From Ginglymostoma cirratum (Eukaryota): a stretch of 64,000 nt of DNA. The first letter of the stretch is position 1. Each line of letters opens with the position of its first letter. Both the position numbers and the translations under genes were made by a program. Shown piece after piece: positions 1 through 12,909 of this stretch. Below the pieces are notes generated by a model. The model saw nothing but the letters and a program-made list of their open reading frames with translations. It was not told the origin of the DNA and did no database searches. The DNA is taken from assembly GCA_024137785.1 (NCBI GenBank), contig JAHRHZ010000115.1, positions 189,111 to 253,110 of the forward strand, in the 5' to 3' direction.

Positions 1-37
1 CTCAAACCTTTGAGTGTAGAAGTTGGGATGGTAAAAT

Positions 38-670
38 GAGAGATAGTCGGAACTGCAGATGCTGGAGTCTGAGATAACAAGGTGTAGAGTTGGATGAACA
101 CAGCAGGCCAGGCAGCATCAGAGGAGCAGGAAAGCTGACATGTCAGGTCTGGACCTTTCTTTTGAGCAAGCGCTTGGGAACCCTGCAGCCCAATGGGCCT
201 CAATGTAGACTTCACAAGCTTCAAAATCTCCCCACCCCCAACCCCATGCCAAGACCAGCCCATCTCATCCCCGCCTCCTTCACCTGTCCATCTTTTATCC
301 CATCTATCTGCTCCTCTTACCTGACAGACCAACCCCCACCCCCACTTCCTACCTGCTAGCCTCATCCCCCCTCTCCTTGATCTGTCCATCTTCCCGCCCA
401 CCTACCCACCCCTCCCTCCTCAATGACCAACCGCCATCCCAACTCCCTACGTACACTCAACTTTACTGGCTTCATCCCCACTTCCCTGACCTGTCCATCT
501 TCTCTCCACCTGTCTGCTCCTCTATCCACCTTCTATCATTGCCTCCCCCTATATTTATTTCAGAGCCCCCTTTGCCTCCCCCATTTCTGAAGAAGGGTCC
601 AGATCCGAAATGTCAACTTTCCTGCTCCTCTGATGCTGCCTGGCCTGCTGTGTTCATCCAGCTCTACACT
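38..670. mobile_element. Penelope-like element remnant with inverted 5' arm, inserted in a CR1 LINE
   Basis: 40-160 is the reverse complement of the terminal repeat at 590-670. 167-670 carries the C-terminus of the PLE ORF (RLGTLQPNG) plus the C/T-rich pLTR and hammerhead motif. CR1 sequence is present on both sides. Confidence 0.75.
587..614 (+). ncRNA. minimal hammerhead ribozyme motif (PLE-associated)
   Basis: CTGAAGA-A-GGGTC CA GATCC-GAAA-TGTC. Confidence 0.55.
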
Positions 671-676
671 ATGGTA

Positions 677-1232
677 TATTGAGGTTGTACACAATGTTGG
701 TGAGGCCTCTTCTGGAATACTGTATTAGGTTTGGTCTCCCTGTTATAAGAATGTTATTATTCTCCTGGAGAGGGCTCAGAAGAAATTTGGCAGATGTTGC
801 TGGGAATGGAGTGTTTGAGTATTGAGAAGAAGCTGGATAGCTGGGACTTTTTCATTAGAATGTAGGAGGTTGAGAGGTGATCTTATAGAAGTTTATAAAT
901 GATGAGATAGAGTAAATGGCTGGTATCTTTCCCTAAGGTGGGAATTTCAAGACTGGAAGCGTATTTTTAAGGTGAGAGGAGAAAGATTTAAAAAAGACAC
1001 AAGGGGCATTTTTTTAACACAGTGTTTCATGCATGTAATGAACTTCCAGAGGAAGTGGTGGATGTGGGTACAGTTACAACGTTTAGTAGACATTTAGATA
1101 AGTACATGAAAATAAGAAATGTTTGGAGGAATATGGGCAAAGTGCAGGCAGGTGAACTAGTTTAGTTTGGGACTCTGGTCAGCATGGACTGGTTGGACTG
1201 AAAGGTCTATTTCTGTGCTCTGTGAGTCTATT
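677..1232 (+). mobile_element. CR1-like LINE 3' end, degenerate
   Basis: Decayed ORF2 C-terminus (LVRPLLEYC..., RRLRGDLIEVYK) and a 3' tail shared with other copies in the window. Confidence 0.8.
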
Positions 1233-1401
1233 ACTCAGGGTCGAGGTGCAGGACTGGGTGGTCCTCTGAGCATGGTGGCAGTAGGTATGTGTGGCAGAAG
1301 GAAACTGAGATTCAGGTCAGGAATGGAAACCGTGGAAGGGAAGCCTTAATGGAAGTTAGCAAATCCCCAGGGGAAGCATCAGGGCCCTAAATATGAGCCC
1401 C

Positions 1402-1771
<370 letters not shown>

Positions 1772-3799
1772 GCAACTGCAAGGTTTAGATTCTGCACTTG
1801 CTGATGCTGCTAATCATATCCAGCAATGAACCATGTTCACTCTGATAATCCTGGTTTATTGATGAGTTTGTATATTCTGCATAAATGTAAAATAAATCAC
1901 TTTTTTGAGACTTTTTGTAATATTTTTCACCTGGCTGAAGTCAGAAAGGACAATCTGGGTCAGAAACAGGTCTTTAACCTGGATGTAGTCCATCCGGGTC
2001 ACACTGAGAGACACAAATGGGACTTTTATCTTTCTCATTTCTCCCCACCCACAGCTGAGACCTCATGTTGTCAGTCCTGAGGTATATAACAAATAAATCT
2101 CAGTCACTCTCTTCCTTGATTCAGACACAGAAGAGCAGCTCCCTCGCAAATGTGTTTAGATTCGGGAAGAATAGCGATGAATGCCGAAAACATGCTGGAA
2201 AATCAGAGATTGGTGTCAAACGGTGATCTGTTTTATCACACAAACCAAAGAACTGCAGGTGCCAGAGATCTGAAACACAAAGATGTCTGTTTCTAATCTA
2301 TTCTGACTGAAAGTGAAATGGCAGTGTAAATTTTCAGTGTGAAAATGGCACTTGATAATTCTTCAACATTTGAACCTGTTTGTATTACAATCTTGATTTA
2401 TTGACCAGAAACACATGTAAAATGTGTTAGTTAAAATCTGTCTTAAAATTGCAAGTACATTGACCATTGCTTGATTTGCAGATAAAGAAGGGCCTGTATT
2501 GTGTCCAAAAATTTCCCCTTCTAATGATACTGCTTCCCGCACATTGTCGTTTAAATTTACCTCACTCATACCAGTGCGTCAATATAATCTGGAATGCATT
2601 ACCTGAAAGCTTGATGGAAACAGATTCAATAGGAACTTTCAGGAAATTCCAAGTATATTTGAAACAGAAAGTTTCTAAAGTCTTTGGAGAAAGATTTGGG
2701 AAGTGGAATAATTGGACAGTTGTTTAAAACAGCTGATTGGATGGGGCAAATGGCCTTATTCTCTAGTCAATTTGTATTGTTCAAACGGTACCGTTCACAT
2801 CAATCCAAATGAATGCAATTTAGTTCATGAAGTTGTTGTTCGAGTTATTAACATATGGAAGATTAACAGCAGCAGTGTTACCTAATGTTATGGTCATGCT
2901 ACAGATTTGAATCTGATTTCAGAATCACTGGATTGTGCATTTGATGTCTGCTTCATAACCTGGTCACATTAACCAGGTGTGCAGTCATCTTTTGGGTGAC
3001 GATCTGGACCAATAAAAACATTAATTTTGTTTCTGTTGGGTTACAATAGGACATGTAAGAATTTGTCCCAAATGTACTGTACTCGTCACTGCATTTGATT
3101 AGGTTATGTTTACTTTAACCTCAGCCCTGGATCAGAAAGTCCTGCACGAGAAACTCTGTCAGTTGATAATAATCCAGGCTGCAAGAGCAATCCCTGTTGT
3201 CCACCTCCTGTCAGTTTATTTTAGTCCCAAGCCAGTTGTAAAAACATTCACACCTTAAAACTCGTGGCTGGCAATGTTTGCATGCGTGTGCATGTGTGTG
3301 AAACGGTGGTGAACGTTCAGGGTGTGGAACCTTGCACCCAAGGAAAGCTCAGCTGTTAAGCAAACATTTGTAGGACTTTGCCCCATAACATATTACTTAA
3401 CCCGATTAACAAAATAGAAGTCATGCACTAGATACTGACTTAACCCTCAGATAATTCTGATTGTCAGCAAACAATGAAAAATAGAAGATGTGATATTCAT
3501 TGACTCATACATTTTATCCCAAACTGCTAATCATTGACTGCCTACCGTATTCAAATATGTGATCAGCTCTCAATTGTCAAATGTCATTATCAGGGCTGTA
3601 GCTTCAATCGGTTGGAATAACAAAGCTGGTAAATAAGCACTGAAGGGCTGGTCCTACCAGTTATGTTAATCTTCATGAGTATTAATCCAGACCCTGTTAT
3701 AATGCTCCTGATAGCCAACTGGTGAAGGAAGGAACCAGAGCCAGTCTTGCCTGGGATAGTCTGGAACAGATTTATTTTTAGAGAGTGAAACATGGCAGG

Positions 3800-3910
3800 T
3801 AGGCCGTCTTGTGATGCAGTAGAAGTGTCCCTCGCCCGAACAGGGAAATCTGGGTTCAAGTCCCACCTGCTCTAGAGGTGTGTAATAATATCTCTCAGCA
3901 GGTTGATTAG
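3800..3910 (+). mobile_element. short tRNA-derived SINE
   Basis: B-box-like GGGTTCAAGTCCC; related copies at 4015-4120 (inverted) and ~48226-48322. Confidence 0.55.
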
Positions 3911-4014
3911 AGAAAGAAGTCTTTTTTTTCTTTTAAAGATTTGAAGCATTGCAGGTTTGTAGTTCCTGACTCCCCACTGTTTCTATGTCAGTTACCGCTC
4001 TATGTAATTATTTT

Positions 4015-4120
4015 TAATCAACTTGATCAGACAGGCTATGAAAAACCTCTGAAGCAAGTGGGATTTGAACCTGCACCTTCTGGCCTTGAGGTAGGAATGC
4101 TGCCATTGCATCTCAAAAGC
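4015..4120 (-). mobile_element. short tRNA-derived SINE (inverted copy)
   Basis: Reverse complement resembles 3800-3910 (GGTTCAAATCCCACTTGCT...GTTGATTA). Confidence 0.5.
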
Positions 4121-4602
4121 TCTTTGGTTTTGTTTTCTGAGAAGGGAGACAATAATTGTGTCAATTGAGCTCAAGTATGGTGAATGCATGGTATATGCAG
4201 AGAGGATTGGAGAAGGTGTAAGTAGATCAAGGGTGGTGTTGTATTAAAATACTGAGACCAGCAGCAATCTTTGTGTATGTTCTTGATGCTGTCAATGTGC
4301 GGTCACTCTCACAGCAGGAAGTCTGTTTGTACTGATAACATGAAACTGACCACTTGATTCATTCTCATACAGCACAAATTCCTGTTTCTTTGCTGACAGT
4401 TTGAAACTGCACATCTCAATTCTGAGTAAAAAATAAATCTGAGACCGCTATCTGGTGTAAACATTTGGTCACAGGGTCAGTGCAGAGTTGCACAGATCAT
4501 GTTACGGTGATATTTTAAAATGTAGCTGTTATTTCTGTTTAAAGTTTCCATTTCAGGACAAACTGGTGAGTTCTGTGGAGCACAAGCCATCAGGCCTTAT
4601 GT

Positions 4603-4997
4603 TATAACAAGGTGTAGAGCTGGATGAACACAGCAGGCCAAGCAGCATCATAGGAGCAGGAAGACATTTCGGGCCTAGACCCTTCTTCAGAAATGGGGGA
4701 GGGGAAGGAGGTTCTGAAATAAATAGGGAGAGAGGGGGAGGCGGATAGAAGATGGATAGAGGAGAAGATAGGTGCAGAGGAGACAGACCAGTAGTTGCAG
4801 TGGGAGAGAGATCCACTGAGGTTTTTCTGGAGGGAGGAGGGTAACTTCTTCAGGGAAGGCATCCTTAGAAGAGGCTTCGCAGTGGGGTTAAAATTGTTTC
4901 AGAGACAGTAGGAACTGCAGATGCTGGAGAATCTGAGATAACAAGGTGTAGAGCTAGATGAACACAGCAGGCCAAGCAGCATCATAGGAGCAGGAAG
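4603..4997 (-). mobile_element. internally deleted Penelope-like element with terminal direct repeat
   Basis: ~60-bp direct repeat (4603-4663 / 4938-4997), hammerhead motif at 4663-4690, and pLTR sequence matching 12720-12898. Confidence 0.75.
4663..4690 (-). ncRNA. minimal hammerhead ribozyme motif
   Basis: Minus strand CTGAAGA-A-GGGT CTAG GCCC-GAAA-TGTC. Confidence 0.55.
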
Positions 4998-5339
4998 TCT
5001 TTTTATGTCATCCCTCATCACCGTTATGATTCATTAACCAATAGTGCGACACCTCTACCTTAATTGAATCCCCCTCTTCCTCCTGCCTGAATGCTGTATA
5101 TCAGAGATGTTCAGCTGCAATGTTCCCACTCTTTAAGTGACATTTTCAGGATAGTAATGTTACCCTAACTATTGTGATGGTGTCAAGACATCCAGTTATT
5201 TCAAAACTGTAGCATTCTGCATTCCTTCTCCACTGAAAGAATAATCAACTTTTATTACCCTACTTGCCAAAGTGTACAATCTCTCATTTCATACATTTCA
5301 TCCATCTTCCATTTTTTGCCCACATATTTAATTTCTCTA

Positions 5340-5845
5340 AATCTATTCACCTGCTGTTTTCAGAAATTCCTTTCATGTGCATTCACTGCAGGACTTGATT
5401 CAGAAAATCATCTGAACTCTCTGTACATCAGTGCACCCACACTGGGGAGTGGCCGTACACCTACTCTGCATGTGGGAAGATGTTCATTAAACCAGCAAGT
5501 TCATACTGAGTTGATAACTTCTAAATCTTCTGATTATGAGGAGAATTTTAAAAGCACGAAGAACTTGCTGAGACACCAACACACAAACTGGATAGTAGAC
5601 ATTCACTAGTATGTGTGTAGGAAGGGATTCACTCAGTCATTGGCCCTGGTGACACACCAGCAAATTCACACTGGGGAGAAACTATTCACCCGGTCCATGT
5701 GTGTAAAGAATTCACTTGTGCATCCCATCTTCTGAAACAGCTAAGTATTCACATTGAGGAGAGGAGATATTCACCTGCTCTGTTTGTGGGAAGGGATTCA
5801 CTCAGTCATCCAAACTGCTGCAACATCAGCGAGTTCACCACTGTT
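5340..5845 (+). pseudogene. C2H2 zinc-finger array pseudogene (copy B)
   Basis: Repeated cacactggggag / tgtgggaagggattcactcagtcatcc linker and finger codons; many frameshifts and stops. Confidence 0.85.
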
Positions 5846-6568
5846 TATAAGGGTTTGATTCTGATGATATTGATGTTGTTTATTATAGCCAAGACTGAAC
5901 TAGCAAGTTACTTGTGAGCAGTGCAAGAAATGTTTCAGCCACTTTCTTCCATGGTTCAGAGCTCCCAGACACAAAACAAAAGATCCTTTACAAATGTATT
6001 TAGAGTTAGAAATAACAATGGCAAAAGCTGGAAATGAGCTGTCAAATCAGAGATTAGAAATATGACCTTTCTGACTGGAAGTGAACCAGCAGTGTTAAGG
6101 TTCTACCAAGTTGGTAAAGACAAAACAGGAATAAAGCTTTCCATAGCTAATATCTCACTTCCCCGTCTTCTCTGTTCTTAGGAAGAGAGCTTCAGGCTTT
6201 CCCAATGGTTATAACACGTCCCTTCATGTAACATTTGTCGTTGAAATTTTACTTTTCATGTCCTTGTGAATTATAACAACAGCAGAAATGTTTCATATCT
6301 GAGGGATTTCAGTTTGGTCTATTTGAATTTCCAACACCAATCTCTCCATGTGTCTGTTGGCTTAACAACTTAACCACAGGAATTTGCTATTTGTCTGTTT
6401 AATTATTGCTGAGTAAAAATGTCAATCAACCAACAAACATTCATTGACTTGGCAGTCTTCACCGACAAAGGAACAAACTTTCCTCTTGCATTCGTCTCGA
6501 TCTTTCTGCTGTTTTATCCATGTACTATTTAACACAAACCCATGCAACTAAGTGAATAACTTTTTTTT

Positions 6569-7546
6569 TTAGAAATGGGGAACTGAATGGCACTGACGCA
6601 CACAGAGGAAAACACAAACATAACCGCTGAGAATGACAGCGATCTCAACGAGCCAAACACCTGAAAAATAAGGATGTCCCCAACTTGACTGTGAGCACAC
6701 AGCTGATGAAAGTCTAAAATTAGAACAGAGTTGTTCAATCAAACATCACCCAGTACTCTGTGTTCTTAACTATCGAACGAAATCTTAATATTTGCAAACT
6801 ACACTGAGTAATCAATCTTTGCAGAGCGGTAAGCACATGTGAGAAGTAACTAAGTGCGAAGTTACCCTTTATACTTCTGCAGCAGATATAGATTCCTCTG
6901 ACTCTGCCAGTGGAGCTGTGAAATGAATTGGTTGTGATTTCCCAAGAGCCCAGTTAGATGTGTTGGGCGAACTGATTTCATTTGGCTGCATCATTCCATA
7001 AATTTGACTATTTAGTATATAATTGAGAACGGGAGAGGAATCAGTGGATGTAGGATTGAATACAGCAAGAGTCAATCCTCAGGTATCGATCAGAATGGGA
7101 AGAAGTGAAAAGTTTTCAAAGCTCAGTTAGCCATGTCGAGGTAATGGAGTATGAAAAGTCTTTCAGAAATGGGAGAATGTAAGGAATTGTCGAGAAAAAC
7201 CATGATAACTCATTTATTTTCCAATTAATTTTTGGGATTGAGTAAGATTTTTTTAACTCCCCTTACCGAATATGAATGACGTTCATGTTGGTTGGAGGGC
7301 CAAGCATGAATGGCAGGTCATCCAAACAATCGGAGTGACTGAGGAGCGGGTCTGGGCTGGAGCTCCCCCATTGGATGGAACTCTGCCATCTTTTTGGAAA
7401 CCTGATTTCTCTCAGTCTCCAGGAGAAAAGTGGAATTTTCTGTTTGTGGCTTGAAACAGACGGAATCCTGTAGGCGTCTGGAGCAGACATTTCATAGTGC
7501 TGTTTAAGTTTCAAACCAGGCCGGTTGCCTGTGATTGACATTGCAC
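6569..7546 (-). other. three phase-compatible candidate exons (7546-7267, 6915-6866, 6660-6569) of an unidentified gene
   Basis: Canonical AG/GT sites give a continuous open frame ending in a hydrophobic segment and a stop. No recognisable homology. Confidence 0.25.
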
Positions 7547-8479
7547 CTGAGAAATTAACGACCGAATGGCTGACGCCTTTTTGTTGAATTGAAAGAGACG
7601 AAATGTGCGTACATGTTCTTTCTGTGTGCAAATAACAGGGCCTCGTGTACTAACACACATAGCTTCCAGGGCATGCAAATGCATCCATACTGTGAACTGG
7701 ACTGATAACTCTAAATTGGTTGTGAGTGTAATTCTTAGCAATTACCAATTATAATCAGTAACTATGGAATACTTTGAATATATTGTCCAATTGCAGAATT
7801 GCATTTAACGCTGGACACAGAGTTTTGAATTTTGCGAGCGCAGTCTGGATGAGTATAGTCAGTAACTTGCCATTGCGAACCATCAAAGGGAAATGCTGCT
7901 TGGTACGATCAGCCAGTCTTCAAGATTATAGCCTACAGGCCTGGCATCACACTGATACTGAATATCATATCCAACATTACACATCTATGTGATAGGTGAA
8001 ACTTTTTTTTTTGTTTGGACGGCAGCATTCTGTTAATGTTGAACATCAATCCTGTTACTCATAATTGTAGCAGCAGTATGAATCAGCTGGCTTCAACTGA
8101 TGCTCAAACATTTGATATCCCTTGCCATTCCAGGATAATCTGAGGTGCACAAGGCACTTCTCAGTGTGAAAAGCCTTTCGCTTATCATGATTTGCATGAT
8201 ATACAGCAAGAGATCAAATGATATTGTCATGGGATTCTTACTGGGTTCCAAGAGAAACATGTCATCAGTTGAATGATACATAACATATTTTTTTTCCACA
8301 CAGAGTAGTTCGTATGTGGAATGCACTGCCAGAGGAAGTGGTGGATGCAGATACACCATTTAAAAGACACTTGGACAAGTGAAAAATGGATAGGTTAGGT
8401 ATCATTCCATTAATGACACACATTTCTCCTGGAATCCAATAAGGAGGTTTGCGAAGACCCCATGAACACCATCCGATCT

Positions 8480-9590
8480 CTTGATTTATATTTTGCAAAC
8501 TCTTGACAAGCCAAGGGCTCTTACATTTCACCCTGAAAGTGCATTCCCCACTTTCTCTAGCAGTTCGTTCCACACACAAACCACTCTCTGTGTAAAAAGG
8601 CTGCTCCACACGACATTGAGTCATAGAGGTATACAGCTTGGAAGTAGACCCTTCGGTCCAACTCATCCATGCCAACCAGATGTCCTAAATAAATCTAGTC
8701 CCATTTGCCAGCATTTGGCCCATATCCCTCTAAACCCTTCCAATTTATATACCCGTCCAGATACCTTTTAAATGTTGTAATTGTACCAGCCTCCACCATT
8801 TTCTTGGTAGCTGATTCTATATACGCACCACCGATTGAATGAAAAAGTTGTCAATCAGGTCCCTTTTATATCTTTCCCCTCTCACTTTAAACCTGTTTTG
8901 TACTCACCCACCCTGGGGAGAAGACCTTGTCTATTTACCCTATCCATGCCCCTCATGATTTTATAAACCTCTACAAGGTCACCCCTCAGCCTCCGATGCT
9001 CCAGAGAAGATAGTCCCAGCCTATTCAGCCTCTCCCGACAGCGCAAATGCTCCAACCCCAGCAATATCCTTGTAAATCTTTTCTGAACCCTTTCAAGTTT
9101 CACAACATCCTTCCTAGAACAGGGAGACCAGAAATGAATGCAATATTCAAATAGTGGCCTAACCAAGTCGCAACATGACCTCCCAACTCCTACACTCAAT
9201 CCACTGACCAATAAAGGCAAGCGTACCAAACACCTTCTTCACTGCCCCATCTCCCTGCAATTCCACTTTCAAGGAACTATGAACCTGTACTCCAAAGTCT
9301 CTTTCTTCAGCTACACTCCCCAGCACCTTACCATCATGTGTATAAGTCCTGCCCTGATTTGCCTTACCAAAATGCATCACTAACATTTATCTAAATTAAA
9401 CTCTATCTGCCACTCCTTGGCCCATTGACCCATCTGATCAAGGTTCTGTTGTACTCTGAGGTAACCTTTTTCACTGTCCGCTACACCTCCAATGTCCTTT
9501 TTAAAACTTTGTCCTCTCACTGCAAAAATATGCCTACCTGGTTTTAAACTCACCCATCTTAGGGAAAACAACATTTGCTATTCACATTAT
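8480..9590 (-). mobile_element. CR1-like LINE 3' fragments
   Basis: ORF2 C-terminal peptides LVRPLFEYCIHFWSP..KLERVQKRFTR..RRLRGDLVEVYKIM and MHFGKANQGRTY. Confidence 0.85.
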
Positions 9591-9825
9591 CTTGTTGGGG
9601 ATGGAAATGGAAGTGACTTGAACAGAGTGCTTCAAAAAGGAGCTATCTTCTGTTAAAGATTAAGAAGATTCAACATTTTGCATGTTTAACACATCTGATG
9701 CATTTGATTTTAAGCCAGAACATTAATCCCTATAACTGGGCTGGGGTTTATCCAGCATTATCAGAAACAGACTTCAATGAATATAATTCACCTTAAATAT
9801 GCTTCGCAACAAATTCCTATTCACT

Positions 9826-11045
9826 ACTGTGAACTCTCTGGTGTCTCAGCAGGTTGGACAAGTGAGTGAATCTCTTTTCACATGTAGAGCGAGTGAAAGG
9901 CCTCTCCCCAGTGTGAACTCGTTGGTGTGTCAGGAGATGGGATGACTGAGCAACCCCTTCCTACACTCAGAGCAGGTGAACAGCTCTCCTTGGTGTGTAT
10001 ACGCTGGTGTATAGTGAGTTGAGATGATTGCCTGAAAGCAGTCCCACTGTGAGAGCATCTGAACGGTCTCAGTCAGAGTGAACAAGTTGATGATGTCAAT
10101 ACCCCAGGACATTCATAGCACCTCCCATAATCTGGGCATTTAAAAGGTCTCTCTTTAGTGTGAATTCACTGGTTAAGGTGAGTTGAGATGATCACTTGAA
10201 CCCAGTCCCATGGCGGAAGCACCTGAATAGTCTTTCCTCAATGTGAACTCGTTGATGGGACATCAGGTCCTAAAAACATTTACAGCATTTTCTGCATTCT
10301 GGGCATTTAAAATGTCTTTTGTCAGTATGAACCTGCTGGTGTCTCAGCAGCCGGGATGACTGAATAAATGCCTTTCCACGTTCGGACCAAGTGAACAGTT
10401 TCTCCCCATTGTGCATCTGTTGGTGTTTCAGCAGGATAGATGACTGAGTGAAGACCTTCCGATACTCAGAGCAAGTCTGGCCTCTGCCCAGTATGACCCC
10501 ATTGGTGTACAGTAAGTTGAGATGATTGCTTGAAACCCATCCCACAGCGACAGCACTTGAACGGTCTCTCCTCAGTGTGAACTAGTTGATGGGACATCAG
10601 TTCTCCTGAGTTTTTATAATGCTTCCCACAGTCTGGGCATTTAAAAGGCTTCTCCTCAGTGTGAACGCGCTGGTGTGTCAGCAGTTGTAATGGCTGAATG
10701 AATCTATTCCCACATTCGGATCAAGTGAACAGCCTCTATCCGGTATTTACTCGCTGGTGTTTAAATTGGTTGGAGAACTGATGAATCCCATTCCACACAC
10801 TGGGTAGGTGAATGGTCTCTCCCTGGTGTGACGGCAGTGAAGGGCTTCCAGTTCCAATGGGTAAATGAATCCCTGTCCACAGTCCCCGCATTTCCACGGC
10901 TTTTCCTCAGGATGATTGGTGCCTTTTGCTGCAATGGTCAAAGGCTGATGATAGTCAGGTCCTGGTGAACTGAATAGGTCTATCAGATACTGATGGGATG
11001 TTTGATTTAAGTTTCACGCTGACTGAAAGTCTTCTTCTCACATCC
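9826..11045 (-). pseudogene. C2H2 zinc-finger gene pseudogene (copy C), terminal exon
   Basis: Acceptor ttcacag at ~11046, [14 protein letters not shown], then more than 10 degenerate fingers (HTGERPFxCxECGK) with stops and frameshifts. Confidence 0.9.
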
Positions 11046-11209
11046 TGTGAAATTGAATTTGAAAAGAAAACAGTGTTATAAAAACACAATGGCAGGTTGT
11101 GAAATCAAGTCAATAACTCAGTAATTTATGAAGCAGACCCTTGGAAAATGTGACCATGAAAGCTGCCAGAATATTGTAGAAACCCAGCTTGTTGACGAGT
11201 GCAAAACAA

Positions 11210-11609
11210 NNNNNNNNNNNNNNNNNNNNNNNNNNNNNNNNNNNNNNNNNNNNNNNNNNNNNNNNNNNNNNNNNNNNNNNNNNNNNNNNNNNNNNNNNNN
11301 NNNNNNNNNNNNNNNNNNNNNNNNNNNNNNNNNNNNNNNNNNNNNNNNNNNNNNNNNNNNNNNNNNNNNNNNNNNNNNNNNNNNNNNNNNNNNNNNNNNN
11401 NNNNNNNNNNNNNNNNNNNNNNNNNNNNNNNNNNNNNNNNNNNNNNNNNNNNNNNNNNNNNNNNNNNNNNNNNNNNNNNNNNNNNNNNNNNNNNNNNNNN
11501 NNNNNNNNNNNNNNNNNNNNNNNNNNNNNNNNNNNNNNNNNNNNNNNNNNNNNNNNNNNNNNNNNNNNNNNNNNNNNNNNNNNNNNNNNNNNNNNNNNNN
11601 NNNNNNNNN
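11210..11609. other. assembly gap (400 N)
   Basis: Run of N. Confidence 1.
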
Positions 11610-12371
11610 GGAGGAGATAGGTCAGTCCAGGGAGGACGGACAGGTCAAGGGGGCGGGATGAGGTTAGTAGATAGAAGATGGGGGTGCGGCTTGAGGTGGG
11701 TGGAGGGGATAGGTGAGAGGAAGAACAGGTTAGGGAGGCGGGGATGAGCTGGGCTGGTTTTGGGGAGGGGAGATTTTGAAGCTTGTGAAATCCACATTGA
11801 TACCATTGGGCTGCAGGGTTCCCAGGCTGAATATGATTTGCTGTTCCTGCAGCCTTCGGGTGGCATTATTGTGGCATGCAGGAGGCCCAGGATGGACATG
11901 TCGTCTGAGGAATGGGAGGGGGAGTTGAAATTGTTTGCGACTGGAAGGTGCAGTTGTTTGTTGCGAACTGAGCGCAGGTGTTCTGCAAAGCGGTCCCCAA
12001 GCCTCCGCTTGGTTTCCCTGATGTGGAGGAGGCCACAACGGGTACAGTGGATGCAGTATACCACATTGGCAGATGAACAGGTGCAGGTGAACATCTGCTT
12101 GATGTGGAAAGTCTTCTTGGGGCCTGGGATTGGGGTGAGGGAGGAGGTGTGGGGGCAGGTGCAGCACTTCCTGCGGTTGCGGGGAGAAGTGTTGGGTGTG
12201 GTGGGGCTGGAGGAGAGTGTGGAGCGGACAAGGGAGTCACGGAGAGAGTGGTCCCTCCGGAAAGCAGACAAGGGTGGGGAGGGAAAAATGTCTTTGGTGG
12301 TGGGGTCGGATTGGAGATGGCAGAAGTGTCGGAGGATGATGCGTTGGATCTGGAGGTTGGTGGGGTGGTAC
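11610..12371 (-). mobile_element. Penelope-like retroelement, GIY-YIG endonuclease end plus pLTR (5'-truncated)
   Basis: ORF 11645-12271: CxxC..NVVYCIHCTRCGLLHIRETKRRLGDRFAEH (YIG degenerated to HIR), then frameshifted EQQIIFSLGTLQPNGIN. Confidence 0.85.
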
Positions 12372-12898
12372 TGGCCTCCTGCAATGCCACAATGCTGCCA
12401 CCTGAAGGCTGCAGGAACAGCATATCATATTCAGCCTGAGAACCCTGCAGCCCAATGGTATCAATGTGGATTTCACAAGCTTCAAATTCTCCCCTCCCCC
12501 AACCGCATCCCAAAACCAGCCCAGCTCATCCCCGCCTCCCTAACCTGTTCTTCCTCTCACCTATCCCCTCCTCCCACCCCAAGCCACACCCCCATCTCCT
12601 GTCTACTAACCTCATCCCGCCCCCTTGACCTGTCCATCCTCCCTGGACTGACCTGTCTCCTCTCTACCTCCCCACCTACACTCACCTTTACTGGCACCAT
12701 CCCCGCCTCAGTGACTTGTCCGCCTCCTCTCCACCTATCCTCTCCTCTATCCATCTTCTATCCGCCTCCCCCTCTCTCCCTATTTCCCTCTTCCCCTCCC
12801 CCATTTCTGATGAAGGGTCTCGGCCCGAAACGTCAGCTTTCCTGCTCCTCTGATTGCTGCTTGGCCTGCTGTGTTCATCCAGCTCTGCACGTTGTTCT
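12372..12898 (+). mobile_element. inverted copy of the PLE 3' end/pLTR
   Basis: 12372-12660 is the reverse complement of ~11610-11890 and continues through the hammerhead motif and terminus. Confidence 0.85.
12807..12834 (+). ncRNA. minimal hammerhead ribozyme motif, intact core
   Basis: CTGATGA-A-GGGT CTCG GCCC-GAAA-CGTC: palindromic ACGT helix III and GUC cleavage triplet. Confidence 0.65.
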
Positions 12899-12909
12899 CC
12901 CTTATTCAG

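Noticed and set aside
6866-7075. C-type lectin relic (SNWALG...YIC)
   Set aside because: Only two short motifs in different frames; WIGL, EPN/WND and the cysteine pattern are absent.
7673-8197. Octamer motifs ATGCAAAT/ATTTGCAT as Ig promoter elements
   Set aside because: No leader or V exon nearby; expected by chance in AT-rich DNA.
11128-11747. ORFs spanning X runs
   Set aside because: Artefacts of the N gap.
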